Shown: in pieces, positions 16,836-31,893 of the stretch
Layout: each line of letters begins with the position of its first letter
Numbering within the stretch: the stretch's first letter is position 1
Assembly: GCA_000004695.1 (NCBI GenBank)
Contig: CM000152.2
Location: forward strand, 5,440,001 to 5,504,000
Length of the DNA: 64,000 nucleotides
From: Dictyostelium discoideum
Taxonomy: Eukaryota
Direction of reading: 5' to 3'
Notes under the pieces: model-generated
Databases searched by the model: none
What the model was told of the DNA's origin: nothing
Seen by the model: only the letters and a program-made list of their open reading frames with translations
Program-made: the position numbers and the translations under genes

Positions 16836-17934
16836 GCAATCTATAGGGATAATATCTAGAAAATTTCCTGGACCAGCAGGTATATTACCACCACTTTTAC
16901 CAGGACAAATTATAAATAATAGGAAATCCATAAGTTTAGATCAATCGAATAAATCAATGAATCAATCTACACTCTTTTTAAATAGTTCAAATGGAAATAA
17001 TAAAACTCATCTTTATGATTCCTCAAATCAAGATTTCACTAGAGGTTCTTGGATATTAATGTTAAAAGAAAGAAAACTTCCACCATTTAGTATGTATATC
17101 TTTTTATTTATATTTATATATACATATATATTATAGTCATGATATATATAATTATTATTATTATTACTAATACACAATCACACACGAAAAAAAAAATATT
17201 TTAAATAGATGATGAAAATAGTACACTATTAAAAAATAATATAGATTATGTTTTAAATGAAGGATTTTTAAAAAAAGTACCACAATTAGTTGTATTAATA
17301 AAAAGTTTAGTTGGTACTGATAGTGATTATCAAATTATAGTTTCAGATCCATCTGGTGAAATGAAAGGTACAATTCAAAAAAAGATTATTCAAGATTCTT
17401 TTCCAGAGATGACACATGGTTGGGTTTTAGTTTTAAAAAAGATTTCAATTTTTAGTCCAACTCCAACTTCACATTATATAAATATAGTTTTATCAAATAT
17501 TGATTTCGTTTATCAACCAAATTTCAATCCTTCTTCTTCTTCTTCTTCCACCACTACCACTAATACAACTTCTACTACAATCAATAATAATAATAATAAT
17601 AATTTTGATTATTTAAATAAAACTACAAAAGAATTTGATCAATTAATAGTAAAGAATTATAAATCAATTGAAAATTATAATCCAATGTCAATATATCAAG
17701 ATATACCACTTAGAAGTGAAGAAGAGATTCAAAATGAATTATATGAGAAAAGATTATTAAAAGCTCAAAAATTACAACAAGCTCAATTACAACAACAAAT
17801 ACAACAACAACAACAATCATTAAGCAAAAAACAACCACCACAAAAACCAAATGAAAGAATTTTAAAGAAAAGAAAAATTCCTGCAAAACCAATTCCAAAA
17901 CAACCTCCTCAACAACAACAACAACAGCAACAGC

Positions 17935-18010
<76 letters not shown>

Positions 18011-18674
18011 ACAACAGCAACCACAACAGCAAATATCATCTCCAACTAAATCTGCCAACTCCAATACAATGGCATTAACTACCTCTTCACCAACGAAATT
18101 AGCTCAAACAACTTTAATACCACCTGTAAATAAACCTTCACCGTCAATCACAATTTTAAAACCTCCACCAAGACCATCACAATCACAATCACAATCACAA
18201 TCGCAACCATCATCTTCTCAGCAATCATCTTCACAAATTAAACCATCACTCCCCATAAAATACCTTCCAAATAGCAACGCTAATAATAATAATAATAAAC
18301 AAATTCAAGTTTTTGAAGAATTGGATGATAATTTTGAAGTCGATTTATTTGATGATGATGAATTTTCAAAACCACCAAGGGACATAGATTCACAATCCCA
18401 ACAGGAACAGCAACAACAACAACAACAAAATGGTAATACTGGTATGACACAAGATTTTGAAAGTTTGGATGATTTAGATTTTGAACTTAAAGATGAAGAT
18501 ATAGTGGAGTTTGAATCCTCCACTCAACAAATTATAAAACAACAAGAGTTACAACAACAACAAAATCAAAATCAAGTTAAAACTGTAATTAAAAATGTTA
18601 AAACTTATACACCCCCAAAATTCACTTCTTATAAAACTACTACTCCAAATAAACCAAGTATTATAAAAAAATAA
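16198..18674 (+). CDS. PolyQ-rich protein with an RPA-like OB-fold segment; exons 16198..17089 and 17209..18674; intron 17090..17208
   Basis: The two ORFs 16198..17136 and 17361..18674 are joined by the intron GTATGT...AAATAG (119 nt). Exon 1 ends in phase 1, and the junction reads ...LPPF-N-DENSTLLK.... The OB-like pattern is VVLIKSLVGTDSDYQIIVSDPSGEMKGTIQKKII...HGWVLVLKKISIFSP. There are long CAA/CAG tracts. Confidence 0.7.
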
Positions 18675-18910
18675 TAAAATAATAAAAATAATAATAATAA
18701 TAATAATATAATAATAATAATAAAATAAAATATTTTTAATATTGTTATTGAAAAAAAAAAAAAAAAAAAAAAAGTATAAATGATAATACAAATACAATAA
18801 AATTGATTTTATTTCTTGGATTCAATTTTTCTAAACAATTTTTTTTAAAAAAATAAAATAAAGAGATATAAACTAATAATTTGAAATTAAGAAGAGATAA
18901 TACAGTTTGA

Positions 18911-20478
18911 TTAATCGTTTTTGTTTACTGGTTTTCTGACATAGTCTGGATCATTACCCATTTTGTAAAGATAGTTGATATGAGACTTTATTGCTTCAGT
19001 AAATGTTGGCTTATAATGATATGTAACATTATATTCTTTACAAACTTCTTTAAGAATTGGAACAATTTGTGGGTAATAATCTATAAATAATATTCATATA
19101 TATATATAATAAAATTAATAATTAAAATAATATAATATAAAATAAAAAAAATAAATAAAACTTACCTTGAGCAATTGTTGGGAACTATAAAATAAATAAA
19201 TAAATCGTTGTTAGATAATAAATATTAAATTTAAAATAATAATAATAAAAAATTTAAACTTACACAATGATGAATAACTTGTAAATTTAAACCACCAGAA
19301 AAGAAAGTACTTAAAACTGAATCTTGAGCATAATCTTGAGTAGTTTTAACTTGAAGAATTGCCCAATCTTGATTGAAGGTTGTTGGTAATGGGTGATCAG
19401 CACCATCGAAAATTTCAGGTGTTGCCATGAATTGAAGATCTTCAACTACATGACTAACTTGAAAAGAAATGGCTAAATACCAACCTAAAACCAATTCAGA
19501 GATTAGGAAGAAACAAATTAAATGAGAGAATGAATGATTATAGATTAATGGGAGTATGAAACGAGAGATAATGAAAACCAATTTACCAAGTATGAAAATT
19601 GCAGTATCAATCGTTGATATTGGTGAATATCTAATTGCACCATTTGATTTCTTTGTAAAGATTTCGTGATCTTGAATACGATATTTTAAAGCGTAAACTC
19701 CATATAGAATTGGTGCGTAAATATGTTGATATTTATGGTACCATGATCTTGCTTGATATGGTGTAACAACACGAAAATCAATTTCACCTTGACCCAAGTC
19801 TGGATCTGCATTTCTTACATTTGTATATAAATGATGCCCAATCACATGTTGATGACACCATGCATAGAATGAAGCACCAGCGAACAAATCAAATGTTGCA
19901 CCCAATATTTTCCAAGTCATTGGATTATGAGTGATTGCTGTGTGGCAAGCGTCATGCATCGTGTGTAATCCAAATAACGAATTTGCAACACCATATAAAA
20001 CAGCGAATATACAATTTAACCAAAATCTATCCGTAGAGAATTGTGATAAATAGTAAGTAACAAATAGGAATAAATAAATTAACACCATTCTTGTGAAAAC
20101 TCCAACTGAAACTTTTGGATCTTGTGATGAAGTTTGGAAATGTTTTCTAACACGTTGTTTCAATGTAGAATAGAATTCACTTTTTTCAACATATTTTGGA
20201 TGTTCATATGATGATATATATCCAATTTCATATTGTTTAATTAAGGAATAGTGTTTATCCGTCATTGGATGATAACTTTCAAATAAATTTGTTGCATCTC
20301 TACCTGCTGATAATAATAATATATCTTCACCACCTGGATGTAATGGTACCCATTTTGTAATATTATAAACTTTACCATCAACTATAATCCATAAATCATT
20401 TTTTTGATTATGTTTTGATACTTCATCCCAAGTATATAATTTTAATTTTTCTTTATTTTCATTATTTGTTTCCATCAT
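18911..20478 (-). CDS. Cytochrome b5-fused front-end (delta-5 type) fatty acid desaturase; 3 exons: 20478..19264, 19184..19166 (19-nt microexon), 19080..18911
   Basis: The N-terminal cyt b5 heme motif HPGG is present, together with His boxes HDACH, HQHVIGHH and QVIHH. Exon 1 ends HHC|GTAAGT. The microexon TTCCCAACAATTGCTCAAG encodes FPTIAQ, and the last exon encodes DYYPQIVPIL...MGNDPDYVRKPVNKND*. This restores the conserved HH-x-FPT motif. The total of 467 aa is the size reported for D. discoideum delta-5 desaturase B. Confidence 0.85.
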
Positions 20479-20853
20479 TTTATTTTTAAAAGTTTTTAAA
20501 AAATAATAATAATAAAAAATAAAAAAAATAAAAAAAAAGAAAAAAAAACACTAAGGGGTTAAAAAAAAACAATGCGAAAATGGGTTTGGAAATAAAAAAA
20601 AAAAAAAAAAAATTTAAAAAAAAATTTAAAAAATAAAATCATGATATCTTGATAAAAAAATATTTAAAAAAAAAAGAATTTTTACAAGAATGCCATATTA
20701 CTTTTTTATTTTTTTATTTTTTATTTATTCAATATCTCTGATATTTCTAAATTAATTATTTTTTTTATTTTTTTTAAAAAAAAAATAATAAATAAAAAAA
20801 AAAATTGATTAGACAAAAAATAAAAATTTTTCTTTTTCTTTTTTCTGTTTCTA

Positions 20854-20884
<31 letters not shown>

Positions 20885-20938
20885 TTAAAAACAAAAACAA
20901 AAAAAAAAAGAAGTCGGATGTTTTTAATTTAATTTAAT

Positions 20939-21296
20939 TTAAAAGTTTTTTTTGATCATTCTTTCTGATGATGATGATGGACATGCTTTGATTTCAGCAC
21001 AAATGGTATCTGGGTTTTGGTTATTTTCGAGGGCAGAGATTAATTGTGGGATGTATGAGTTGGCTAATGATACACAAGTTGATTTGAGGCCACCAAATAA
21101 GTCACATGCTTTATCTACTTGAGTTAAGATTTCAGTTTCGGTTTCACTGTTTTGGAGGAAACCTTCAACTTCTTTAAGAGCAAAATCACAGATGGTACAT
21201 TCAACACCTCCAGTTAATTCTTCAGCTGATGATGAAGTACATAAATCAATTTGATTGCAAACAGTTGAAGCTGGTTCTTTGTTAATTAATAATTGC

Positions 21297-21328
<32 letters not shown>

Positions 21329-21385
21329 TAATATTATTTAAAAGATCGATTAGTTTTTTATTTATTTATTTATTTATAATTTTAA

Positions 21386-21473
<88 letters not shown>

Positions 21474-21716
21474 TTAACTTACAACAAGTTCAGCACCATA
21501 AGCAGTGACGAGTGAATCACAAGTAGCTTGATATTCAGATGGGGCAAATTTGCAAACTTTTTCTAATTCACCTTCAACATAAACGATACTTGAATTCTTT
21601 TCAACGAAATCTTCAGCAAAGTTGACAAGTTCAGTGCAGACAAAACATTCTTCGTTTGCTCTGACAACTGAAACTGAGGCTAAAGCAATGATGGCTAATT
21701 TAAATAAGAATTTCAT
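20939..21716 (-). CDS. Secreted saposin-like (SAPLIP) protein with two saposin-B-type domains; exons 21716..21483 and 21295..20939; intron 21482..21296
   Basis: A signal peptide (MKFLFKLAIIALASVSVVRA) is present. There are two six-Cys saposin-type patterns (ECFVCTELV...KVCKF...ATCDSL and VECTICDFALKEV...KACDLF...STCVSL...TICAEIKAC). The donor is GAELV|GTAAGT and the acceptor AAATAG|CAATTA. Confidence 0.75.
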
Positions 21717-22238
21717 TTTAAAAATTGTGTGTATATATAAAATAATAAATAGGAGAGGAAACTGTAATTTATGCGAATGAAAAAAAAAAAAAAAAAAAAA
21801 AAAAATTTAAAAAATAAAAAAAAAACTGAAATAAGGATTTTTTTTTTTTTTAAAAATAAAAAAAATAAAAAAAAATTAAAATAAAATAAAAATAAAAAAT
21901 AAAATAAAAATTTTTTCGAATAGGGCAAACAAAGGCAATATCTGAATTTTTCTTGGACTATTCATTTCCTAAACTTTTTTTTCACACTTTTTTAGATTTT
22001 GGGTGCCATTTATATTTTTAAAAAAATATAAAAAAATATAAAAAAATAAAAAATAAATAAAAAAATAAAAAATAAATAAAAAAAATAAAAAATAAATAAA
22101 AAAATAAAAATAATAATAAAAAATAATAAAAAGGATAGAAAAAAACAAAAAAAAAAAAAAAAAAAAAAAAGTAAAAAGATCTTTAAAAATGGGCGATATT
22201 TTTTAAATTGATATATATCGGGATATTTTTTTTCAACT

Positions 22239-22276
<38 letters not shown>

Positions 22277-22476
22277 ATCATTATATTTTTCCAATACTTT
22301 TTCTTTAAAACTTTTGAATTTTGAAAAAATAAACATTCACAATAATAATAAAACATTAGAAATTTATTGCACATGTACGAGCCAAATTAAAAAAAATAAA
22401 AAAAAATAATAAAAAATAAAAAAAAATAATTAAAAATAATAAAATCCTATAATATAGTTTTTTTTTTTTTTAAATA

Positions 22477-23732
<1,256 letters not shown>

Positions 23733-23971
23733 TTCTTGAAATATCGTTTTCTGAAAAAAAAAAAAAAAAAATGGTCTTTGTTTATAAAAAAAAAAAAAAA
23801 AAAAAAATAATTCACGAAAATTTTGGGAAAAAAAAAAAAAAAAAAAAAAAATATTACTGATAATCAGTTATAGTTACCAGTTCTTTTTTTTTTTTATTTA
23901 CATTTATTTACAAATTGGTTTTGATTTTTTTTTTTTTTTTTTAAAACAAAGATCATTTTTTTTTTTCTTGT

Positions 23972-24254
23972 TTATCTCCTATGCTTTTTAACAGGTAGTT
24001 CAATAAATGAGTCCTGTGATACAATTTTGAGTAAAGAAGGTTTAGAATTTGATGCGGTTATTGACATTTCACCATCATTTTCATCTAAAGTAATTGGATT
24101 CTCTTTACTATTTACAAATAAGAATCCACTACTATTTAAACTATTATTACTTTTATTATATACATTGAAACTTGATGATGCCATTGTTACTGTATTATTA
24201 AAATTATTATTATTATTTATAAGAGTATTATTACTATTTAATTTAAAATTATCA

Positions 24255-24303
<49 letters not shown>

Positions 24304-25501
24304 ATTTTGGAATTTGAGGTAACATATCCAATTCCAATTGTTTTTTAAATATTGAAGAATTTGATTTTAAAACTCTTTTTCTTTTACCATGATCTTTAAA
24401 TTGTTTAATTTTAGCACATAGTAAATGATTGGTTTGAATATCAGAGGGTGTTATAGGTTTGCCGCTGTATGGATCAGTGAAATATTGGTTTCTAAAATGT
24501 TTTTGAATGGTTGATCTATCAACGATATATCCACTTGGTAGTGTTACAGGATCACTCATCATTTTCAAAGTGATTGGATCTAAAAACGTTGTAGGTATAC
24601 CAGCCTCATTGAAAACAATCTCTGGATTATTTCTTTTAAAATCTTCATCATCTTCATCCGTGAAGAATTCACCACCACCACCACCACCACCACCACTGCC
24701 AATGTCATCCTCTTCTTCATAATCATCTGACATCATATTTTGGTCGACAAACATTTCATCTTTTGAAATCATATGTGATGGTATTAGTAAATTGAATGAG
24801 TTTTTATTTGATATTTGCATATTATTTTTACTATTGCTACTATTACTATTATTATTATTTAACCAATCAACATTATTACTACTAAATAAACCACCACCAC
24901 CACCACCACCACCACCATTACTATAGCCACTATTAATTGACATACTACTACTACTATTTGATGAATGATCATGTTGTGTATGTGGTAGTTGTTGTCTTTG
25001 TGTCTCTAAATATTGATTTAACAAAAGGGATGATGTTTGTTCACCATTATTGAAATAGTGTCCAAATTGTTCAGGTGTTAATTTGAAGCCATTCTTTATA
25101 TTATTTAAATTATCATTATAAATGAATTGAATTAAATCTCTATTTGTTGAAAATGAAGGTTGGCCCCATAATTCAATTGCACCCAAAGCAGCACAACTTG
25201 ACTTTGATACACTGGTTACCCTAATTCTAATACTTTTCACTCTACTCAATAAATGTATATTTGAATTAAATGTTTTAATTTGATTATTCGGATCAATAAT
25301 TTTATTTGTAATCTCTATTGGAATATTATTATTATTATTATTATTATTACTATTTTTACCACAAATATATTTATAATAGTTATCTTGTATATGTAAATCA
25401 TGTAGTGATCCAATGAATTTAAATTGTTCATGTATATATTTTTGTTGAATAATTTTACTTTGTTGATCAATTTGATTATTAAAATTTGTAACATTTGTTT
25501 G

Positions 25502-25558
<57 letters not shown>

Positions 25559-25843
25559 ATTATTAATAGTATTGCCTAATGATTGTGTTAACATTACTCT
25601 TGACGGGGAAGTTGAGAAAGGGGAAGAGGAAGAAGAGGAAGTAGAGTTTGAAAAAGATGGATTAACTAATGGATTTTGTTTTCCAAAACCAACACCACCA
25701 ATATTACCAACACCAAGGTTTTGATGATTCATTTTGGTTGGATATCTTTCAATTACTGATAAATCTGCATGATGATTATTAACACCTAATAATGATGTTG
25801 TGGATGGTTGTTGGTGAAATGATGGTAATGATTGTGACAAAAG

Positions 25844-25880
<37 letters not shown>

Positions 25881-26440
25881 ATATTTTGTTGAAATTGCAT
25901 TGGTGGTTGGTTTTGGTATTGATTATGTTGTTGACTACCAGATGATTGTGATAATGCTCTTACATTATTTTTACCAATTTTATTACTAATCGTTGTTAAT
26001 TCATTCATTGAATATTCAGACATATAGAATGAAATCGATTGTGAAACACATGTCCCAACCTTACACAATATACCAATCCTATCCAAATCAATAGCATACC
26101 TAGATATATATGTATGTATGTATTCACATATTTAATTTATTAATAATTTTAAATAAATAAATGAAATAATTTTAAAAATAAAATAAAATACATACGGGAA
26201 AGAAATTGTTATATCAATTGGTGGCTTAATAAAGGAAGCCGCCAAAAATCCATTTCCACCAGGGTTTAATAAATTGTTAATATTAAATTCATCAGAGAAT
26301 GAAGGTGCATCACAATAGATTTCTACACCAGAATTATTGATAAAATTAATTAGTCTATATTCTTGTGGAATTTGTTGTTGTTGTTGTAGTCTTTGTTGAA
26401 TTTGATTCGGTTGATAATTATTTAAATAAATATTATTCAT
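23972..26440 (-). CDS. U-box domain E3 ubiquitin ligase-like protein; exons 26440..26196 and 26099..23972; intron 26195..26100
   Basis: The C-terminal U-box reads FLDPITLKMMSDPVTLPSGYIVDRSTIQKHFRNQYFTDPYSGKPITPSDIQTNHLLCAKIKQF. The upstream exon MNNIYLNN...ITISFP ends in CC|GTATGT, and the acceptor TCTAG|G restores the frame (P-YAIDLDRIG...). There are poly-Q, poly-N and poly-G tracts. An internal ALGAIELWGQ motif suggests a galactose-binding-like/DOC-like fold. Confidence 0.7.
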
Positions 26441-27685
26441 ATTATCTTTTTTTTTTTTTTTTTAAATAATAACGAATGAATCGTTCTTTATGTTTTTTTG
26501 TTTTTTTTTTTTTTTAATATTATTATTATTATTATTACTTTTGTTTTAATCTTTTTTATATTATACAATTATTTTTATTAATTAAGATATTTATTGGTAT
26601 CGATTATTTTGGTGTAATGACATAAATTTTTTATAGGCGACACACGTCCTTTTTTTAAATTTTTTTTTTTATTTTTTTTTTTTTTATTTTTTTTTTTTTT
26701 AAAAATTAAATTTGAATAAAAAATTAAAAATTTAAAAAAAAAATTAATAAATTATAACAATAATAAATTAAAATTTTTTTAATAAAGTGTGAATGTATCT
26801 ATGTGTTTATGTGTTTACGCACACACAATAAATTAATTATACAATCTATATGTTGTAATCTTACTGTTAAAAAAAATAAAAACAGGTGAATAATAGTAAT
26901 AATAATAAAAAATTAAAATTAAAAAAAAAAAAAAAAAATTAAATAAAATAAAAAACAAATTTGAATAAAAAAAAAAAACATAAAAAAAAAAAAAAATTAA
27001 ATAAAATAAAAATAAATTAAAAAAACATAAAAGGGGATTAATTTTTGGAAGGGTTGATTGAGTAATAATCAAAATAATAAAAAAAAAAAAAAGGGGTGAA
27101 AATAAAAAAAATACTTTTGAGTTATATTTGGAACAATGTAAATAAAATAATAAGAAATAATAATAGAATTAAAAAAAAGTAGAATAAATAATAAAAAACA
27201 ATAAAAAAATAATAAAAAAACAAAAAAAAAAATTTGTTTTTTATTTGAAAAATTTAAAATTTATATACCTAACCATCAATTTTTGGATGGCTCTTAAATA
27301 AAGAAAAAAAACAAAAAATAAAAATAAAAAATAAAAAAATAAAAAAAAAGGGATTATAAGATCAGAAAAAAAATCTTATTTGGAAAATGCGGGTGTGCTT
27401 TTAAAATAAAAATGTTAATTAAATCTTTTTTTTTTTTTTTTCTTTTTTTATTTATTATAATTTTAATTTATTATGACTTTTAAAATAAAGAAAATAATTT
27501 CAATCTTCATTTTTTAATAAAATGGAATAAATAGGGTTAAAAAAAAATGTTTAAATTAAGTAAATATTAAATAAAAAATAAAAAAAAATAAAAAAAAAAA
27601 AATATGAAAAGTGGCAAATTCGTTTTTTTTTTTTTTTTTTATTTTTTATTTTATATTTTATTATTTCAATTATTTATATAAGAAA

Positions 27686-28765
27686 ATGATTTTAAATAAG
27701 ATTCAAAAAATCAACAAAATTTTTAAAAACAATAATTTTAAATTTCAACAATTTACCACTACCACCACCTCAAAATCTATTATAAATAAAAATAATGATA
27801 ATAATAATAATAGTAATATTAAAAATGAAGTAACAAATATAAATGTTTTAAATGAATTTTCATTTAAAGTTGAAAAAGAAATAAAACAAGGTGATTTATT
27901 AGCAAGTAAAAGGGATATTAATTCAATGACACTTTCAATTAAAACCTATGAAAATGGATTAAGATTAACAAAAGATAGAATTGAAAGAGCTTTAATTTAT
28001 CTTAGAATTGCAGTGGTAAAATATAAACTTGGCTTAATTAGTGAATGTAATGATCATTTAAGTATATCAATGAATTTAATATCACAAACAACATCGAGTG
28101 GTGTTGTCAATGATGATAATGAAAGTAAAAAAGTGATTGCAAAAATCTATACAATTAAATCAATAATGTTAGAAAAAGAATTTGATGATTTTAAAGATCA
28201 AAACAGTGAAAAGGCACAAACAGTATTAGAAAGAGCTATCAAATCATGGAAATTAGTAATTGAAAATGATGATACAATACCAGATGGATATTCAGGTGTC
28301 GGTAGATGTTCATTAAAACTCTTGGAACCAAATTTACCATATTGTTTCAATTTAGCAGATAAATCGATAATGTGTGATCGTAATCATATGCCTTCATTAT
28401 TATTTGCCAGTGATATGTTAATCATTCAAAATAAATACTCAATTTCATACATTCTATTATCATTATTCTTTAAAAACTTTAAAACGTTCTATCAATCATC
28501 AACCAATATCTACTCATTAAAACCAAAGGAATTAGCAGACGCATACTTTAGATTTGGTTTAGCAGCATTAAATTTAAAAAAATTCGAATTATCAAATCAA
28601 CAATTCACTCAATCAATTTCAATTGTTAATATTAATATTCAACAACAACAAAATAATTTTAAAGATCAAAAGAATTTAAAAATAATTAATAATATTTTAG
28701 AAAAACAAAAGAATGAATTTGAAAATAATTTTAATTATTCAAATTTAATTAATAATAATATTAAT

Positions 28766-28809
<44 letters not shown>

Positions 28810-29353
28810 TGAAGAAGAAAATGAAAATAATAATAGTAATAGTATTACAAGTATTGATAATAGAATTAATAAAATTAATGAAAACAGTTCAGCATTGATT
28901 CAAGAGAGTAAAAATTTTAATTTAAATCAATGTAATATTTTAGATTTAATATCAAATCATTATTTTAGAGGTAAATCATTATCAAATTTAAAGAGATATA
29001 AAGAAGCAATTTCCGATTTTAATTATGTTATTGATAATCAACCAAATCAAGTTAAAGCATTTAAAGAAAGAGCTGAATGTTATAAACAATTAGGTGATTT
29101 CATTAGTTATCAAAAAGATTTAAAAGTTTACAATGACCATTTTAATGAAATAAAAAAAAGAAGACAAAAGAATTTTAATAATTATTTAGTAAAACAAAGA
29201 AATAGAAAAAGAAAAGAATATTTACAAAACTTTTCTGATAATTATGATGAAGAAATGGAAAATGATGATGATGATGATGATTATGATGATGAAGATTATT
29301 ATGACGAAGATGAAGAACAAGATGAATATCAAAATAGTCGTTATAAAAGATAA
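27686..29353 (+). CDS. TPR-repeat protein with an acidic C-terminus
   Basis: The ORF starts at ATG 27686 after a poly-T tract; the ORF-track start at 27611 is GTG. TPR-like helices are visible (YFRGKSLSNLKRYKEAISDFNYVIDNQPNQVKAFKERAECYKQLGDF). There is a poly-N tract and a DE-rich tail. Confidence 0.6.
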
Positions 29354-29432
29354 ATAATAATAATAATAATAATAAAAAAAAATAAAAAAATAAAATTAAA
29401 TAAAATAAAATATTTATTATTATTATTAATTA

Positions 29433-31067
29433 TTATTTTTCATCAACAGTAATTGTAACAGTACCTTCTCTTTTTCTTTTTAAAAGTTCACGAATTTCAT
29501 TATGAGATTGCTTTGAGATTGGATAGAAAAAGATTGCTACAAAACTGAATAATACAATGACAGCAGGTGCAAGACCAGTTAGGATACGTAATGCAAAGAT
29601 AACATTATCATTTTCAATATTGTTATCAATGATTTCAGCAGAGATACCTTGTGAACTATCAATTTGAGTTGGTGCTTCATAACCAACTAAACCTAATACA
29701 AAACTTGAAACTGCCAAACCAACTGAAAGACCCAACTTTTGAAAGAATAAAAATAAACTATAGAATAAACCTTCACGACGTTCACCAGTTTTCAATTCAT
29801 CCAATTCCACAACATCTGGTAACATTGACATTGGTATTAGGAATGCGACAGCAACACCGATACCACCAAAAGCTGCCACACCCCACAACAGATATTTACT
29901 ACCATATGGAAGGAAAAACAATGACAGGAAACTTAATAATAAAAATACACCTCCAATATAATAGGTAACCTTCTTACCAATGTATGTTGAAATTTTACCC
30001 CAAACGAAAATGAAAATAGATACCGATATTTGCAAAGTCGCCAAAATGTATGGGAACTCTTTCTCTGCGTCTGCGACATATGTGCAATATAGTAGTAAAT
30101 TATTTTGAACAAATTGTACTGCAATTTGGCAGAAAAAGTATAACAATGTCACTGTGACGAATGCACGATTTGAAAACATCACACCAAGTCCTTTAAAAAA
30201 TGGTATATGCGATTCAGTTTGTGATTCAATGGGTATTTTCCTAGTTCCAAAGAATGTAATAAACAAGGGTATTATCATTACGCCGCCCCAGATGCCTCCA
30301 GATAGTAAATAGCCTTTCCTGTAGTCTATATACTCTGAGCCATTGGCTGTTTGCGTTGTGAATATTTTAATAATTAGTGAATGGGTGAATGTGGATGTTA
30401 AGCCGCCAATCATCAATGATATCATTCTTATTCCGGCCAATGTGGTCCTTTCGTCATAGTCATCGGTTATCTCTGCATTCATCGCACTGTATGGAATGGC
30501 GACACATGTGTATGCTATACTCAATCCAATCACTACAAATTGGTAATATATTAATCTTTCAACATCTGTTAGGTTTGGTGGCACCCACCATAGTCCGCAA
30601 TATAAAATTGCAAATGGTAATGAACCAAATAAAATCCACACTCTACGTCTGCCCCATCGACTCTTGGTTTTGTCTGATAAATTCCCAACTAATACATCAC
30701 TAAATGCATCAACAAATTTCGCTGTAAATAAAATCACTGCTGTAAACATTGAATCGATTTGTGCAACATTTAAAAGAAAAGAATTTAAAAAGAATCCTTT
30801 AATCATTTGAAATACTGATAAACCACCTTCACCAATTCCATAACTAAATTTCTCTGAAAAACTTAATTTATATTTTCCATTATTATTATTTTTATTATTA
30901 TTTAATAATTTAGTATTTTCATTATATTTCTCTGTTAAATTGGGTGATCCACCACTATTACCAATATTAAATGAATATTGTTTTAAATTTTGTTTATTTC
31001 TTAATAATGTCGTTGTATCTACATATTCTTTTGTAGTATCTAATGGTATACCACTATTTCCAGACAT
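29433..31067 (-). CDS. MFS transporter of the GPH (glycoside-pentoside-hexuronide) / MFSD2-like family
   Basis: About 12 predicted TM helices are visible. The GPH signature DKTKSRWGRRRVWILFG is present, and the gene is a single exon. Confidence 0.75.
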   Translation of the reverse strand: MSGNSGIPLDTTKEYVDTTTLLRNKQNLKQYSFNIGNSGGSPNLTEKYNENTKLLNNNKNNNNGKYKLSFSEKFSYGIGEGGLSVFQMIKGFFLNSFLLNVAQIDSMFTAVILFTAKFVDAFSDVLVGNLSDKTKSRWGRRRVWILFGSLPFAILYCGLWWVPPNLTDVERLIYYQFVVIGLSIAYTCVAIPYSAMNAEITDDYDERTTLAGIRMISLMIGGLTSTFTHSLIIKIFTTQTANGSEYIDYRKGYLLSGGIWGGVMIIPLFITFFGTRKIPIESQTESHIPFFKGLGVMFSNRAFVTVTLLYFFCQIAVQFVQNNLLLYCTYVADAEKEFPYILATLQISVSIFIFVWGKISTYIGKKVTYYIGGVFLLLSFLSLFFLPYGSKYLLWGVAAFGGIGVAVAFLIPMSMLPDVVELDELKTGERREGLFYSLFLFFQKLGLSVGLAVSSFVLGLVGYEAPTQIDSSQGISAEIIDNNIENDNVIFALRILTGLAPAVIVLFSFVAIFFYPISKQSHNEIRELLKRKREGTVTITVDEK

Positions 31068-31893
31068 TATTATATTTTAAATAAATAAATTTAAAATTAT
31101 TATTATTATTATTTTTTTTTTTTTTTTTTTTTTTTCTTTTTTTTTGGTATTACTACTATAATTGAAATAATATTAAAATATATTATTTATTATTTTCCTT
31201 TTTATTTATTTATTTATTTATTAATTTATTTTTTTTTCATTGGGGAAATTGTTGTTATTATTAAAATAAAAAAAATAAATAAATAGATATTGGTTTGTTT
31301 GTTAGTTTTTTTTTTATAGTGTGAGTGTGTGATCACTTTTGACCCAAACTCTAAATATATGTTTTTTTTTATTTTTACTTTTCGAAAAATAAAAAAAAAA
31401 TAAAACTGATGAAAAGTTTTTGGAATAAAAAAAATAATGTAAAAAAAGTAAAAAATATTAAAAAAATAAAAAAAAAAAAAAAAAAAAAAAAATAGAGATT
31501 ATTTGAGATTTACTATTTTTTGTTTATCAATACTCAAAAATAATATCCAAATTTTGTTTAGATAATAAATTAATTATTTAAACAAATATTGGATTTTATT
31601 TGTTCATTTTTTTTTTTTTTTTTCCAAAATCAGCCACCCATTTTTCAACCCCTTTTTTTTTTTTTTTTTTTATTTTTTTTATTTTTTTTATTTTTTCAAA
31701 ATGTATTTTAAAAATTTTTTTTTTTTTTTAAATTAAAATTATTTCTTAACTTCTTCAAAACAAATACTATTTGAAAAAGAACTAAAAAAAAAAAAAAAAA
31801 GAAAAGATATTAAATAAAAAAAAAAAAATAAAAAAAAAAAAAAAAAGAGAAAAAGAGAAAAAGAAAACAAAAGAAAAGAAAAAAAAAGGAAAA

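Noticed and set aside
21713-22336. Minus-strand ORFs made of poly-F or poly-K (21713..21928, 22010..22336) and similar ones at 26833..27072, 31782..31982 and 57088..57285
   Set aside because: They are translations of poly-A/T intergenic DNA and lack coding-like composition.
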